NCBI GenBank assembly: GCA_019828565.1
Contig: JAHDYR010000011.1
Coordinates: forward strand, 319,072-383,071
Length of the DNA: 64,000 bases
Direction of reading: 5' to 3'
From: Carpediemonas membranifera BICM
Lineage: Eukaryota; Protista; Fornicata
Made by a program: the position numbers and the translations under genes. The notes beneath the pieces were generated by a model. That model was not told where the DNA came from. It saw only the letters and a program-made list of their open reading frames with translations, and did not search any database. Of this stretch, positions 22,080-34,632 are shown one piece after another. The stretch's first letter is position 1; the number at the start of each line of letters is the position of its first letter.

Positions 22080-24086
22080 ATGTCACAAGAGCAAGCAAGA
22101 AGCGAAACAAGCCAGGACACATGGCACCTATTGTCCGACGCTCAGCCCGTCTCTGGTCCAGGTCAACGGACACACGTGGTTGGCTCAATGAGTCGAGCGT
22201 GGAAAGAGTGGGAGGCCATGGGGGCCAGCACGAGTGTCGTGGACTTACTCCGGCAGGGAGTCCCAGTACAGGACGGGCAGACGACGAACTCGTCGCCCAA
22301 CGGGTCACAGGGCCCGATCACAGACACAATCAACGAGCTAATGGAGCTGCAAGCAGTGGAGCAGTGTGCACCGACAGAGGTAGCGCAAGTCTGCCCAATC
22401 TTCATGACGCTGAAGAAGAACCACATAGACTGGCGCCTCATCCACGACCTGAGGCCGGTGAACTGGTACCAGACAACTAGGCGATTCCGACTGAAGGGAT
22501 TGACCGAGATAGCGAATGCACTGACCAAGGGGGCGTGGCTCGCCAGCGTGGACCTGAAGAGCGGATATTACCAAGTCCTGGTCGAACAGACGGGTCGGAA
22601 ATGGCTAGGCTTCCAGCACGAAGGGAACACGTACCGCTGGAACGCGCTTCCTTTCGGCCTCAACACGGCCCCGGAAGCATTTCAATCGATCACGGCGCAG
22701 GCGGCGAAGATCATCCGCCGAGAGCTCTCTCTCACAGTGTTCGTCTACCTAGACGACCTGTTGTTCGCCGACCCATCACAGCAAGAGCTAGCACGAAAGA
22801 TGCCCGAAGTCCTGAAGATAATGGAGCGGCTAGGAATGATAATCTCGAGAAACAAGTGCGTTCTTACACCGACACGACGAATCGAGTACCTGGGAATAGT
22901 TATCGATACGCGCAAGAACACAATGTCTCTTCCGAACGACAAGCGCGTGGAGCTGAGAAGAATGATCGATCAGGTGCTCAAAGAACGAAGAACAACGAAG
23001 ATAGAACTCCAGCGACTCATTGGCAAACTCCTTTTCGCCAGATTCGCAGTAGGAGCAAGAACGCTTCCTCGACTGAGAGAACTCCAGTTAATGGTGACTG
23101 CGCCGAGTCAGCGATTTACGAGAGCCTCCATGCCCCGAGACGCCCGCACAGACCTCAGATGGTGGGCGCGTGTGATCGCGACAGACCCGCAGTACGCAAT
23201 GCAGGGGTCACCGCGACCGGAGATCAGGGTCGAGACAGACGCCTCGGACGTAGCTTACGGCGCGACAATATGGACAGACAGCGAGAGGATGGAGATCCAG
23301 GGCCGGTTCAAGCAGTCATTCATACACAAGTCGATCAACTGCAAAGAGACGAGGGCCATAACCACGGCGCTGCGACACTGGGCACATGTGATCCGAGACA
23401 GAGATGTCCTGATCGCGGGAGACAACACCTCGTCACTCGCGTGGGTTGCGAAGAGTTCGACGAAGGCCCCAGCCCACATTCGCCGGGAGATCGCCGACCT
23501 ACACGACTTCCTGCATGCCAACGGTTGCCGCTTGAGAGTCAAACATATCGCAGGTGTATTCAACACAACGGCCGATGCTCTGTCGAGGTACAAGAAGCTC
23601 GATTGGGCCATGCCAGCGGCCCTGCTGGCAGCTGCGATAGAGAGGTGGGGAGCAGTGGACCGAGCGCTGTTCGCGGCCGAAAGGTTCTTACCCCAGGACT
23701 ACGACTACTGCAGAGACGCGTTCACAGCGAACTGGACAGAGTGCCGGTCAATGGCGGTCCCCCCGGTGGCCATGCTCGACCGAGTGGCCGAACGACTGGA
23801 GGCAATCGTAGACCAACGAGAAGAGAGACATCCCAGTCAACAACAGTCAGGAATCCTAGTTATCGCCCCAGTCAGGCAGACGAACATCGACTTGCGCCTT
23901 ATCCGAGTCGCACAGGAGACAGTCAACGCATCGCTACCAGCCCACTGGTGGGCAGACACGGAGTTGGCGGTACTGTTCGAGGGCAAGACACACATTCCCT
24001 TCAGGGCGTACTGGGTCCCGGTGACGACGTCAGCCTCGGAATCTTCCTATCAGCATCAGCAGTGCAAGCGCGACACCGAGCACTAA
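22080..24086 (+). CDS. DIRS-A reverse transcriptase / RNase H / methyltransferase-like domain
   Basis: DLKSGYYQ, LPFGL, YLDD. RNase H motifs TDAS, INCKE, DN, ADALSR. C-terminal DRALFA..DAF..W..AVPP resembles the DIRS MT-like domain. Confidence 0.92.
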   Translation: MSQEQARSETSQDTWHLLSDAQPVSGPGQRTHVVGSMSRAWKEWEAMGASTSVVDLLRQGVPVQDGQTTNSSPNGSQGPITDTINELMELQAVEQCAPTEVAQVCPIFMTLKKNHIDWRLIHDLRPVNWYQTTRRFRLKGLTEIANALTKGAWLASVDLKSGYYQVLVEQTGRKWLGFQHEGNTYRWNALPFGLNTAPEAFQSITAQAAKIIRRELSLTVFVYLDDLLFADPSQQELARKMPEVLKIMERLGMIISRNKCVLTPTRRIEYLGIVIDTRKNTMSLPNDKRVELRRMIDQVLKERRTTKIELQRLIGKLLFARFAVGARTLPRLRELQLMVTAPSQRFTRASMPRDARTDLRWWARVIATDPQYAMQGSPRPEIRVETDASDVAYGATIWTDSERMEIQGRFKQSFIHKSINCKETRAITTALRHWAHVIRDRDVLIAGDNTSSLAWVAKSSTKAPAHIRREIADLHDFLHANGCRLRVKHIAGVFNTTADALSRYKKLDWAMPAALLAAAIERWGAVDRALFAAERFLPQDYDYCRDAFTANWTECRSMAVPPVAMLDRVAERLEAIVDQREERHPSQQQSGILVIAPVRQTNIDLRLIRVAQETVNASLPAHWWADTELAVLFEGKTHIPFRAYWVPVTTSASESSYQHQQCKRDTEH

Positions 24087-25227
24087 GAGCCGCAGGCGTG
24101 ACACCCGACAGAACCAGAACGCAGATAATATGGTCCCGGGCTAGCCGTCCTAAGAACGAGGACGTCGAGAGAAAGGTCGCGTCCAGCCCGCTCCTGCTCC
24201 GCCTCGAGAAGGTGACGCGTGATCGAATTGCAACAGAGACCGCAAAGTTCACATTCTTCCGCAACATGACCAGAGAACCAGATGACTCGGACTTCGAGGC
24301 CTACCTCGGACAAAATGACGACCCGGCACCAACCCCACGGGAAGCTGCATGGGAGATCGTACGACAAGCCCACGAGAAAATCCATGACCAGAAGTGGGTG
24401 CAAGAGTTCGAGGAGGTGGCAATCGCGGGGGACGATGACGACACACTGCTATGGTACATGATAGGGGAGGTGCCCTTCCTCGCCAAAGACTCACTGCTAA
24501 CGAAGGAGGCAAACATCAGAGATGGAATGACCGCATTGGGCGAACCCATAGAATGCCCACCACTCCACCGGGCCCTGATCAAGGCCTGTGGCAGATTGGC
24601 TGGAAGGTGCCCAACGTCAAGCCAGCGTCGAACAGGGGAAAGCATGGCCAATAGCCAGGGAGACCCTGTCACAGGCCGCGGTGCAAGCAGGCAAGAGCGC
24701 CACACCAGCATTGACTCAAGCAATAGCTTTCGGGCTGGTCGGGTTCGCGACAATATCTCGGTCGGGGGGAGATACGGGGGCTCTCAACATCAGACGTCGA
24801 ACGACACGGCAGGGACATCACCATCACCATACGACGCTCCAAGACATCGGATGAACCCATGCTAAAGCTGGTCCCTAACGTCCCCGGAGACGACAACCCG
24901 GCAGACTGGCTTGCGAGACATATGGAAAACCTCCCAGATGAAGGACCCCTGTGGCGCTCATTCGAGGCCAGGGACGCGCTGATCAAGGACAACAGGTCCT
25001 CCCTGATGAACAGAGACCACCCTTGGAGAAGATGGGAGATGTCCATGGACCTAGAGGAGGTGCTGCGCGCGTCGGGCCACTCATTCCGGAGAGGAGGCGC
25101 AGTCCACATGATGAAGCTAGGTGTAGCCCCAGCAGTGATCCAAGCAATCGGGGGCTGGAAACAGCTCGACTCGATGCAGACCTACGTCAGTGAAGCCGTG
25201 CGCCTCTCCACGAGCGCTTGGGTGTAG
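22535..25227 (+). CDS. DIRS-A tyrosine recombinase ORF (overlaps RT, frameshifted near 24.64 and 24.8 kb)
   Basis: SRSG (catalytic R), HSFRRGGA (HxxR), GGW and terminal Y (MQTYV), spread over three frames. Confidence 0.85.
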
Positions 25228-25820
25228 AAGGACGAGAAAGACGGATAATACATAGAATATGATTGCATAAGGCCCCATTAGACTGTACAATAGGCCATGT
25301 AAGAGTTAAAGACATGATAGAGAGCAGAAGATAAGGCGGGAGAAAGCCAGTTCACCAATGATTTCAGCAAAGTGGAAACACTTCGATCATGGATGGACAA
25401 GGACCAACAGGCCTGGCCTATATGGATAGGGCAGTGCCCCATGGAGCTCAGAAGGAGCGGCCTTGGCCTCCTGTCTGAACATTCAAGGGTTGCTATCAGG
25501 GCATACCGCTGGGCGCGAGTGGGAGCTCCACGCCCATACCAAGGAATCAAAGTGTCTTCATGGAACGTATGTTTACAAGGAAAAGGAAAACAACCGTCGA
25601 GGGCCAGTGCTAGCACCGGCGGCTACATGGTTTTGTCAAGACCACAAGGAAGGAAGGGCAGCACAAAAGGGAAACAGGGGCCGTCGATAGAGGCTAAAAG
25701 GAGACTACGAACAAAGCAACAACAACTACACAGAAAGGCCCCGCTACTCAGAAAAGGGCGACGCATTTTTAGGACCGCGCCTTTTTGAAAGAATGGCCTA
25801 TATAGTACGGAGCATGGACA

Positions 25821-28800
25821 ATGGGAGAAACTGGAAGGCCTGGACGGAGACCTCACCCGGATATGTACATGTGGCCCGACTTTCGGACCCAAAAATTCCG
25901 ACCCAGTTTATGGACTAGGAAAAGGGGAGAAATTTTGCACTCAACAATGCAGGTAGAAATACCGACAAGGATCAGGGATTCCACGCAGAAGCAGTGGGAG
26001 GACATCAGGGAACTACTGGACAGCTTCCTCGCTGAAAGGAACGATTCAAGGACTCTACTTCTTCGTAGAACAGGCAAGTTTACAGGAAAGTCGCTCAATG
26101 CGAACTCCAAAGGACGCAAGGAAGTAATCATGAACGCCAGACGCATCCTCTTCGCAACCGGCGTCACTGACAACAAGGACATCATCCTCAGGAACCCATG
26201 CGGCATCCACGGCCTCCGCGACCTTTTCTACATGCTCACAGAGGCGCTCAACCCCAGAGACGAGGAAGCAAAGGACATGGCACAGGCACTGGAGCCCAAG
26301 ACGCTGAAAGCGGGCTTCACTGGCATGGCAAGATGGCCATCTGAGAAGGACATCGAGACGGCGATCCTCAAGCCGAAGGAAGATGGGCCCATCGAATGGG
26401 ATGTAGACAGGGACAGCGTCAAGAAGGCCGAAGGGTCGTTCATACTGGTATCAGGGGCTCATGGAGACGAGGCCGTAGAAGGCGTGCCTTACGACAAGGT
26501 ATGGGATCCGGCAAACCAAGGCCCGGTCACCAGAGTGGCCTACGAGCAAGAGGACGGCAAGTACAGGGTCATCCTAGAGCTAAGCGACACGTCAGCATGG
26601 TCCATCAGCCGCTTCATGGAGGAGGCTAGGGACATCCTCAGGCTTCAGGCACCGGAGGCCCCGGCCATATGGCAGGCAGCATGGAACAAGTCAGGGATCT
26701 ACCTGAAGGGCAGAACCAATATCCTGGGCGAAGGGGAGGAGACCCCCCTTAGCAACGAGCCGCCGTTCCGGAAGGTGAGGCTGGAAGTGCTCAAGGCCAC
26801 CTCGGTCCGCAGCAATAGGGACGAACATGCCGATCTGGACAGGTCGTCCGCTAGCACGGTCATCGACGGAGACGAGGAGCAACATGTCAAGGACAAGGAG
26901 GAACGACGCCAGCAGGCCACCATGCCCGGCAGAAGAAGCCTCGACGACAGCCTCCTGGAAGTGAACAAGGACATGGTCGGGGCCAACCAAGGCAAGATCG
27001 ACCAGGACGAGGAGGTCGACTCAAACAAGGTCAGCAGCCAGCCGCCGAGGATGCCTAGAAAGGACAAGGAGAAACGACTGGTGATCGGAGCCATCGACTT
27101 CGAGTGCGCAGACCCTGGCGTCAAGAAGGCAGGGATCCCTGCCATCCCGGTTGAGGGCGGGATCGTACTCTTTGACCTCAGCACTGGGGACATTCTTGGA
27201 CACGGGCATGGCCTGTATTACCAGGACATACCGGCAGCAAGCATGGACCAAGCGAGGTACACGGCATGGGCAGTGACGGGGCTGCCGCCGGCCACCTTCG
27301 TGGAGGTCGGGACGGGGCGGCCGCCGATCGAGTATGAGAAGCACATACATACTTTCAGGGACTGGGCCAACCGCCTGGCGGCTCAGCTGGCAAGGATCGA
27401 AAGGTCGGAGGGTTGGAAGATAATCATGTATGCAAAGGGGGTGGAGATGGAAAGCTTCCTCCTCACGAACCCCACAAATGGACTGGAGCAAGGAACCAGG
27501 GAATTCTTCCAAGCTAGGCTGGTGGACGAGAAGAAGCTACCAGAGATCCTGGAGAACAACGGCAAGGAGGAGGCTGGCCAAAACCTCAGGGACAACCTCG
27601 ACAAGGCCAACTACCTGGAAGCAGTAACAACATGGTCAAATGGATGGCAGAACAGGAGCGAGCCCAAGGGAGTCTGTCCGTACCACAGACACACCGCGGG
27701 TTGCTACCACTGTGGGTTGGCGGATACAGTAGTCTTCACAGCCAGGATCAGGGCCCTATGCAAGGAGAGGATGAGCACCCCAGACGTCTACCACTACATG
27801 GGTAAGGCACTCGACAAGACCATGGAAGCAGTCGGGAAGGCGGAGCCGGGCATGGATATCATGGGAGGCCCGGAATTCGCGACAAGGAGGGACACCTTTG
27901 AGATCTTCGGCACGTACCCGATCGGGGACGCAAGGGACGTCAGCAGGGAAGTCGGCGACAGGATCCTCGTAGTCCCGGACAACGGACACCGCTTCGGCAT
28001 CGGCTTCGGGTTCGGGGAGGTTCTGTTGGGCATGAAGGGCATCTTACTGCCCCCCTCACAATCATGGACAACGAAGGTGTACTGGAGAGAAGCCCGCTAT
28101 GGACCATCATGGAAAGAGCCACGGCTAACCAGCTCCGCATGGTACGCGTCAGGAAGGGCCTAGGGGCAGCAAGGGAGGAGGACATCATAACCATGGCCAT
28201 GCTATACGAGTGGTGGCCCTCGAAGGAGGCTACGGCTCATCAAGGAGTCTGGGGCTGCGACGACCTAGCAGAGAGCCTCAGGGACTATGAGAAGGTCATA
28301 GTCAACGTCAAGGCCCCCCAGGAACAGGGGTAGGATCACCCTAGGGGCGAGCTTCATCCCGAGAGACTGGGGGCATGGTCAGGGTCAGCGAGGCTGGGAC
28401 CATCCTAAGCCGCATGCGCAAGGAAGGGGCCAGACTAGTCTCGGCAGCTATCCCGGACGAGCCCAGAGCCAACACAGTCAATGTCCCAGGCATCACGTAT
28501 GTCCCCACCATCGACGGAAAGTCCGAACAGCCATACCAAAGTAGGTTCTTCGACAACGGCCTGGAGGAAAAGGCGAGGCGGATTAGCACCAGGATGGTGG
28601 GCAGGCACTTCGGCCAGGACGCGGATCAAGGACATCACGACCAGCATGGAGACAGGGAAGAGGACAGAAGGGTAGGACACGGAGCCGGCGGTAGAGCTGG
28701 TGTCAGAGCTGACGACAGAACCGGCGACAGAGCTGGTAACATGAACAGGACCTCGGATCGTAACCACGGAGGAGACGACAGGGAGAGACAGGACAACACG

Positions 28801-28929
28801 GGAACGCAGATGAGAGGCTCGTTCAGCGGGAACACCTGGGCCGGTAGAGGCTCAGAGGGAGGCATGGACAACAGCAAGGATCACTCTTCCTCCACGACGC
28901 TCAAGCGCAAGGGAGGGCAGCACGAGTAG
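25821..28929 (+). CDS. LINE ORF1 with a Maelstrom-like DEDDh/ECHC nuclease domain (about 27075-27750), probably one ORF split by frameshifts at about 28050 and 28330
   Basis: AIDFE, IPVEGG, YAKG..ME, CPYH and HCGLAD motifs in the 780-aa ORF. Continuation frames begin at C and G runs. Confidence 0.65.
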
Positions 28930-28933
28930 GATC

Positions 28934-29326
28934 ATGGACTCGGACAGCGGAAAGAGAAGCAGGCACGAAGAGGACATGGACTGGGAGTCTGGAAGCAGAC
29001 AGGCAACCGGCATGGACTCGGAGAAGCTGCGGCTCCGAAAGCAGTTGGCAGAGGCGCAACAAGAGATCTCAGCGCTCAAGTCTGCCCGACTCATGCAAGA
29101 GCAAGGCCACGGAAGGTTGGTGCTCTCCGGCGTCGCGACTAAGCCCAGCAAGGAGAAGCCCACGATCCCCCGGCACAAGCACAAGAAGGCTAAGAAGGCC
29201 AAGCAGATCTCACCCATGGACCTGATGACCCAGTTCATCACGGTAATGCAGAGTCTACAAGGACAGCAAGTGAGTCAGGCCGAGGACAGCTGCAGCGGCA
29301 GTGGGGAGTCCACGGAGGAGGAGTAA
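28934..29326 (+). CDS. Small coiled-coil, Lys-rich ORF inside the LINE
   Basis: 130 aa with heptad LRKQLAEAQQEISALK, basic KHKKAKKAK and an acidic end. Confidence 0.5.
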   Translation: MDSDSGKRSRHEEDMDWESGSRQATGMDSEKLRLRKQLAEAQQEISALKSARLMQEQGHGRLVLSGVATKPSKEKPTIPRHKHKKAKKAKQISPMDLMTQFITVMQSLQGQQVSQAEDSCSGSGESTEEE

Positions 29327-29658
29327 GGACATGGTAAAAGCAGTATTCTTTCAAGGAACAAGCAACATTTTCTTTATAATTCACAAGCCCTGGCTCCCAC
29401 CCAGGGCCCGGCATTAGCTGAAATGCACTGCCGGTAGGCTGTAGCGGCAGCCAAAGGGGGGTCACGTCATATCGTCCCCCTCCTAAGTACCCTGCCCGAA
29501 GAATGGAAGGTCACCAGGTGGTAACAAGGTTGGCCTGACAAGGGTCACCGAGACCGGCATCTAGGCCCCTTGTTAGGACAAGGATAGCAGGAGAGGAGCG
29601 GGAAGCTGGGGCTCCCAAATTCTGGGAATTCGCAGGATAAGGAAACAGGACAAAGGCA

Positions 29659-32600
29659 ATGGTAACCTACAAGATACTTAGTCTGAACACAGAGGGACAC
29701 ATAGGAAGAGGAAAGGACTTCACGGCGTCTATGGCAACGGCGATTCAGCTAAGGTTGAAGGACATAGAGGCAGTACTCATACAAGAGACATGGAGAACGG
29801 CGAATACGAGGGTTCATTGCTTCATGGACCTTGACTACGCACTAGCAGGGAGGGAGACGGAAGAGGACCTGGTCTTAGCCAACGAAAAACGAAAGGTGGA
29901 TGTCAAAAGTCAGCACCGCATCAACCGACAACTAGGCATAGCAGGCAATGACGAACCTGCGCCAAGATGGAAGGGAACAAGGGAAGGCATCGGCACGATA
30001 GTGAGCCCACACGCAACTGCAAAGTGGGACATCGGCATAACGGACAGCCTATCGGGAAGAGTGCAAGCCAGCATAATGAGAACCGGCAGGGACATACTAG
30101 TCATCAACGTGTATGGCCCTCCATCCGGCCACAGCAAGCAGGAGAAGGATGGATTCAGGGACACTATACAGAAGATCATGGACATGAAAGGGAGCATGGA
30201 GGCCATAATTATGGGAGACTGGAACATCGACCCAGGCCAGATGGAAAGATCCACCCGGTGGAAGGATATGATGGAGAAGCACAGGCTCAAAGCCATCATA
30301 CCCAAGTCTGGGACGCTCACATCAGGAACATCAACCCCGGACTTTGCAGTGACAACACCAGGAATCCAGGGGGCGGAGATTGAGGTGGTAGAGTCTCAGA
30401 AGGTCGGGGTATGGGGCTCAGCACACAATGGAATCACACTAGCATGGAAGGAACAACGGTACTATGGCAGAAGTGAGCGAGACGTGGCTCTGGCCATACC
30501 CGAGGTGCACACCTGGCCCATGAAAAAGAAGGAGGGGCCAGTCACAGTCTCAAAGCTGAACAGGATCAAGAGCTCGGACCAATGGGAAGAGACTATAAGA
30601 GCATGCATGGGCGACCCAGTGAACAACAGGGGAGCAAAGGCAAGGGACAAAGTGTTCGGGAACGGAGTGTGGAGCGAACTCCAGCGAACCCCATGGACAG
30701 AAATAGGCAACAGGACCAGGAAGGAAAGGATGAAAGAGGAGCTGGAGAAATACTGGGGAGAGCGCAGGGCCAAATGGGTGGCCGACATCAGCAGAAGTGC
30801 AAAAAGGGGGTATAGGGCCTCAAGGGCCTCAGTGGAAGCTGCCATCAGAAGGTGGTGGTGTGACAACCAATACAAGGGAATGCCGGAGAGCCTCCTCAAG
30901 GACGGAGTGATAACCACGGACAAGGCGGCCATCAGCGAGATCCTCTTGCAACAGTATGCTAGAGTCAGCAGAGGCAGGGAACCCACCTGGAAGACATGGA
31001 GGGGCAGGGACGGAAATGAGTTCAAGGAAAGCGAGGTCAAAGCCGCAATCAAAAGGATCAGGAGGGACACCGCACCAGGGCCTGACCTCACATCTGGAGA
31101 CATGCTGAGAGAGCTGGATGAGAAAGGCCTTAGGGAAGTGACGAGGCTCATCAACAGGGTCTACAGGGAGGGCGACGTACCCAAAGCATGGAAGTATGCC
31201 ACAGTGTCGGCCATACACAAGACAGGGAAGCCAAGGGTCAAGCCGGAATCATATAGACCAATATCCTTGACACCACTGCTGTACAGGGTCTATGGTAGAT
31301 TGCTCAAGATACGTCTGGAAGCAGCAACGAAAAGGTTCATACCAAGAGAACAGGCTGGTTTCCAGTCAGACAGGGACGTCATCCAGCAGATACAGTACAT
31401 TGTGCAGCGGCACCAGGAGGGGGTGAGACCACGTCAATCTTTCTGGACATCGAGAAGGCATATGACACGGTACCAAGGGACATTCTCATGGATAAGCTAC
31501 AGGGTATGGGGGTGGAGGAGCACTTGATCAGGGCAATTCAAGGCACAATAAAAGGAAACCTGGATATCAGTCAAGGGGGCAAAGGCATGGGAAAAGAACC
31601 AACAGGGGAGTTAAGCAAGGGTGCGTCCTGGCACCGACACTGTTTGTGCTGTTCATGGCTAACTGGCCCCACCTGGCCAGAAAGAAAATCAAGGGAGAAC
31701 GGTACGACATCAGAGAACCGCCAAGGACCACGAGCCACCTCAGCGACCGACTACCGGCAGCACTTACCATGTTTGTGGATGACACTGCGGTCACAGGGAG
31801 CAAACCGGAGCATAGCCAGATGGTCGCCAACATAATGGTGGACATAATCAGAGAGCATGAAATGAGGGTGAACGCCCAGAAGAATGTAATGATTAGCGTG
31901 GACAGAACAGCCCTAGTCAGGATCGAGGGGGTAACACTACTGCCAGAGAAGGAGGCGAGATACCTGGGATTATGGATCGCAAGTGGGAAGGACCCTATGT
32001 CGGCCTGCATAAGGCGGAAACAGGAGCAGAGCGAAAGGTACAAGAGACTGGTGAGATGGGCAGGGTGGACCAGGGCAAACATGCCAGCACTAGCGAGCAG
32101 GCTACTACTGGAAATATATATATGGCCCAGGATCCTCTTCGGAGTCGAGGTGTGGGGGAACGCACCGGGAGGTAGAAGGATCTGGAATGACTGGCAGGGA
32201 ATCATGGCAGGAACAGGACCGGGAGGGGGCGCAGCCATGAGGCTGATGAATGGATGGGTGGACCTCCAGGCACACATGGAATGGCTGGCAGTCAAAAGGA
32301 TAGTCAACTACAGGGACCAGGATATACCAGTCAGAAACAGAGAATGGGGGCGGGGCACGGTTATGTGGGAAGCTAGGGAGAGAGTGCAGCATCTACTGGA
32401 GGGCACCAGAGAGGGAGCCCCTAAACCAGCGCTACTGGATTATGGCATGGAAACGATCAGGAGGGGGTGGATGAAGCGGTGCAAAAGCCGTACGGCACTA
32501 GGACTAATGGAAATCATGGGGACAAGGAAATTAAGCAAGTGTCTGCAAGGTAAGCCTACGGTAGACCGAAAGGCTGGGAAGGGGCAAAGCAGGGCGGAAT

Positions 32601-33104
32601 GGAAGAGAATTGTATCCATTGCAGCCAATGTCAGCCCATCCCCATCGTCGGCAGAGAGAGGGGAGGGCCCTATGAGAGCCATCACAGAGCTGGCCCAAGG
32701 CGCTGACCTGAAGAGAGAAATTAGCAGACTATGCCCCCTATGCTCGGAGGAGTCGGAGGTGAGCCTGTTCTACAGGATCATTAGGGAAAAAGCCAGGACC
32801 AGCAAGGAAGCAGGAAATGATCAGGGAGTGGGCAGAGGGCCAGAGGCTAGGATCGGCAGCGCACATAATCTGTGAATGCCCGGCAGTAGACAGGGGAGAA
32901 GCTTGGACAAAGCTGTGGACAGCAGCGAAGCACAAAACTAAGGACTTGGAAGTAAGGCAGGGCCCCCAGGGCGAATGGTACCAGGAAAGACCCATCCTAG
33001 AATTACAGCAACTAATAATATGGGGCTCGGAGGACATTTGGGAAGGCCTCACGGCAGGACTACGGGAACTGGCAAAGGTTTACAACAGCTTCAAGGTGGA
33101 ATAG
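29659..33104 (+). CDS. LINE ORF2: AP endonuclease, reverse transcriptase and CCHC knuckle (frameshifted)
   Basis: LSLN, IQETW, NVYGP, MGDWN. APGPD, YRPISL, QAGF, FLDIEKAYD, QGCVLAPTLF, FVDD. CPLC..HIICECP. Frames change near 31.42, 31.56-31.6 and 32.8 kb. Confidence 0.9.
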
Positions 33105-34632
33105 AAGCATGTCATGAACCCCTGACTCCAGGACCGGGAAGGGATGGACAAGGAATCAGCCATGGACCACCCTCGCTGGTGCTAAGCTCCTGGGATCAGT
33201 GAGGAAAGGCCCCACGTATCCCGGTAGCCAGGAACCAAAGCAAGGGAAGGAACGACTGCAAGGAAAGAACAGGGAAGGACAGATCAGAAATAAGAAAGAA
33301 AGGACATGCAACAAGGACAGAGCAAGGATAAGGTCAAGGAAATCCATATTCATATGGTTGCACCACTCGTTGGGACCCCAAGGAAACTGCAGGGACTGGC
33401 CACGGGGGTCGGAGGGGCACAGGTGCCCCTGCCGCCCTTGTTAACGACATGGGAAACCAAGGACATGTAGTGCAAGCGAAATGTTGTAAGGGGTAACAGG
33501 ACAACCAGGCCTAGTGCCTGGGGGTACACCACCCATGCCCTGACCCACGCCACCTAACCGGGGTAGACAGCATGGACTTAGTCACTTTCCCCGCCTTCGG
33601 GTAGGCTTCTTAACAGAGTCGAGGGGGCATGGAATTGGGGAACCGGACAGACGAGAGGGTGCCGTGGCTGAACGGCTCTACAAGGACTGCAGGGAAGCAA
33701 GGAGTGTCATAGTCAAGGTTCTGCAGGACGATCCTGCCTGTCAATGCCCCGAGGACAGACCCCCAGGCTCCCCGGATAGTTGCCGGACTTTCAGGGAGAC
33801 AGGAAAGCATATTTGCACGGAGATGGCCGCAGGGCCTCTGGGGCGATTGGAATCGGCTTTCCGCGGAGACAGTAGCACCGAAAGCCCAAGGCAAACGCTG
33901 CTGACCAGTTTGCCACGGGAAATAGGCAGTACCCCGGGGCACTCAGCTCCAAGACAACGGGAAACAAGCTCAGTCCGGGGTCAGAATCCAAGCACCATAA
34001 ATTTCTTTCTTTCTTTCCTTAAGGCGGGAGAAAGGAGAAACCGCAGCAGATTGTCACTAATGGTTAATAAGATCGATATATCGAAGACTATCGAAGAATT
34101 GGCCGGAGAGAGTGAGAAAATGCCGGCGATGGAAATGGCCAAAACCGCGCACAAAGAATGACTATCAGGCTGTGAAAATATGTGCCTGAGAGATGGGCAT
34201 CAATGGCATGCTGGGAGGCACAGGAGACCAGAGAAATAATTTCTGAAGAGAAAATTTTTATTATATGATGGCGGGATACATCAATTGGAGACTTCGACCG
34301 TAGTCGACTGCAAGTCGGCATACCGTCGTAGACGCGATGCGTAAGTACGCCTCGGGGCGTGGTACAGGCCCAGATGGACTACCGGCCATCTGGTACAAAT
34401 ATTCGAGAGAGATCGAATATTGACCAAATATTCGAATCAAATCTACGGTCCAGTTCAGACCAATTTTACCAAGGGGTTAAAACCCCATTCCCCGGTAGTT
34501 CCGAGAAGATGGGCGACGCACAGCCCCCCGTGACACTGGAGAGCCTGGAGGCCCGAGCATGTTTCCCATCAATCTCGGGTATAAATTTGATTAGATCAAT
34601 TGGAGACTTCGACCGTAGTCGACTGCAAGTCG

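Larger units (their letters stand above)
25347..34019 (+). mobile_element. Apparently full-length 8.7 kb non-LTR retrotransposon (APE-type LINE)
   Basis: 15-bp TSD TAAGGCGGGAGAAAG at 25332-25346 and 34020-34034, a (TTTC)n 3' tail and an APE-RT-CCHC ORF2. Confidence 0.9.
21301..34632 (+). mobile_element. Tyrosine-recombinase retrotransposon family A (PAT/DIRS-like, split direct repeats A1-ORFs-B1-A2-B2), interrupted by a LINE
   Basis: A1 21301-21537 equals A2 34318-34554 (237 bp). B1 34280-34317 equals B2 34595-34632 (38 bp). Contains gag, RT/RNase H and YR ORFs. Confidence 0.92.
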
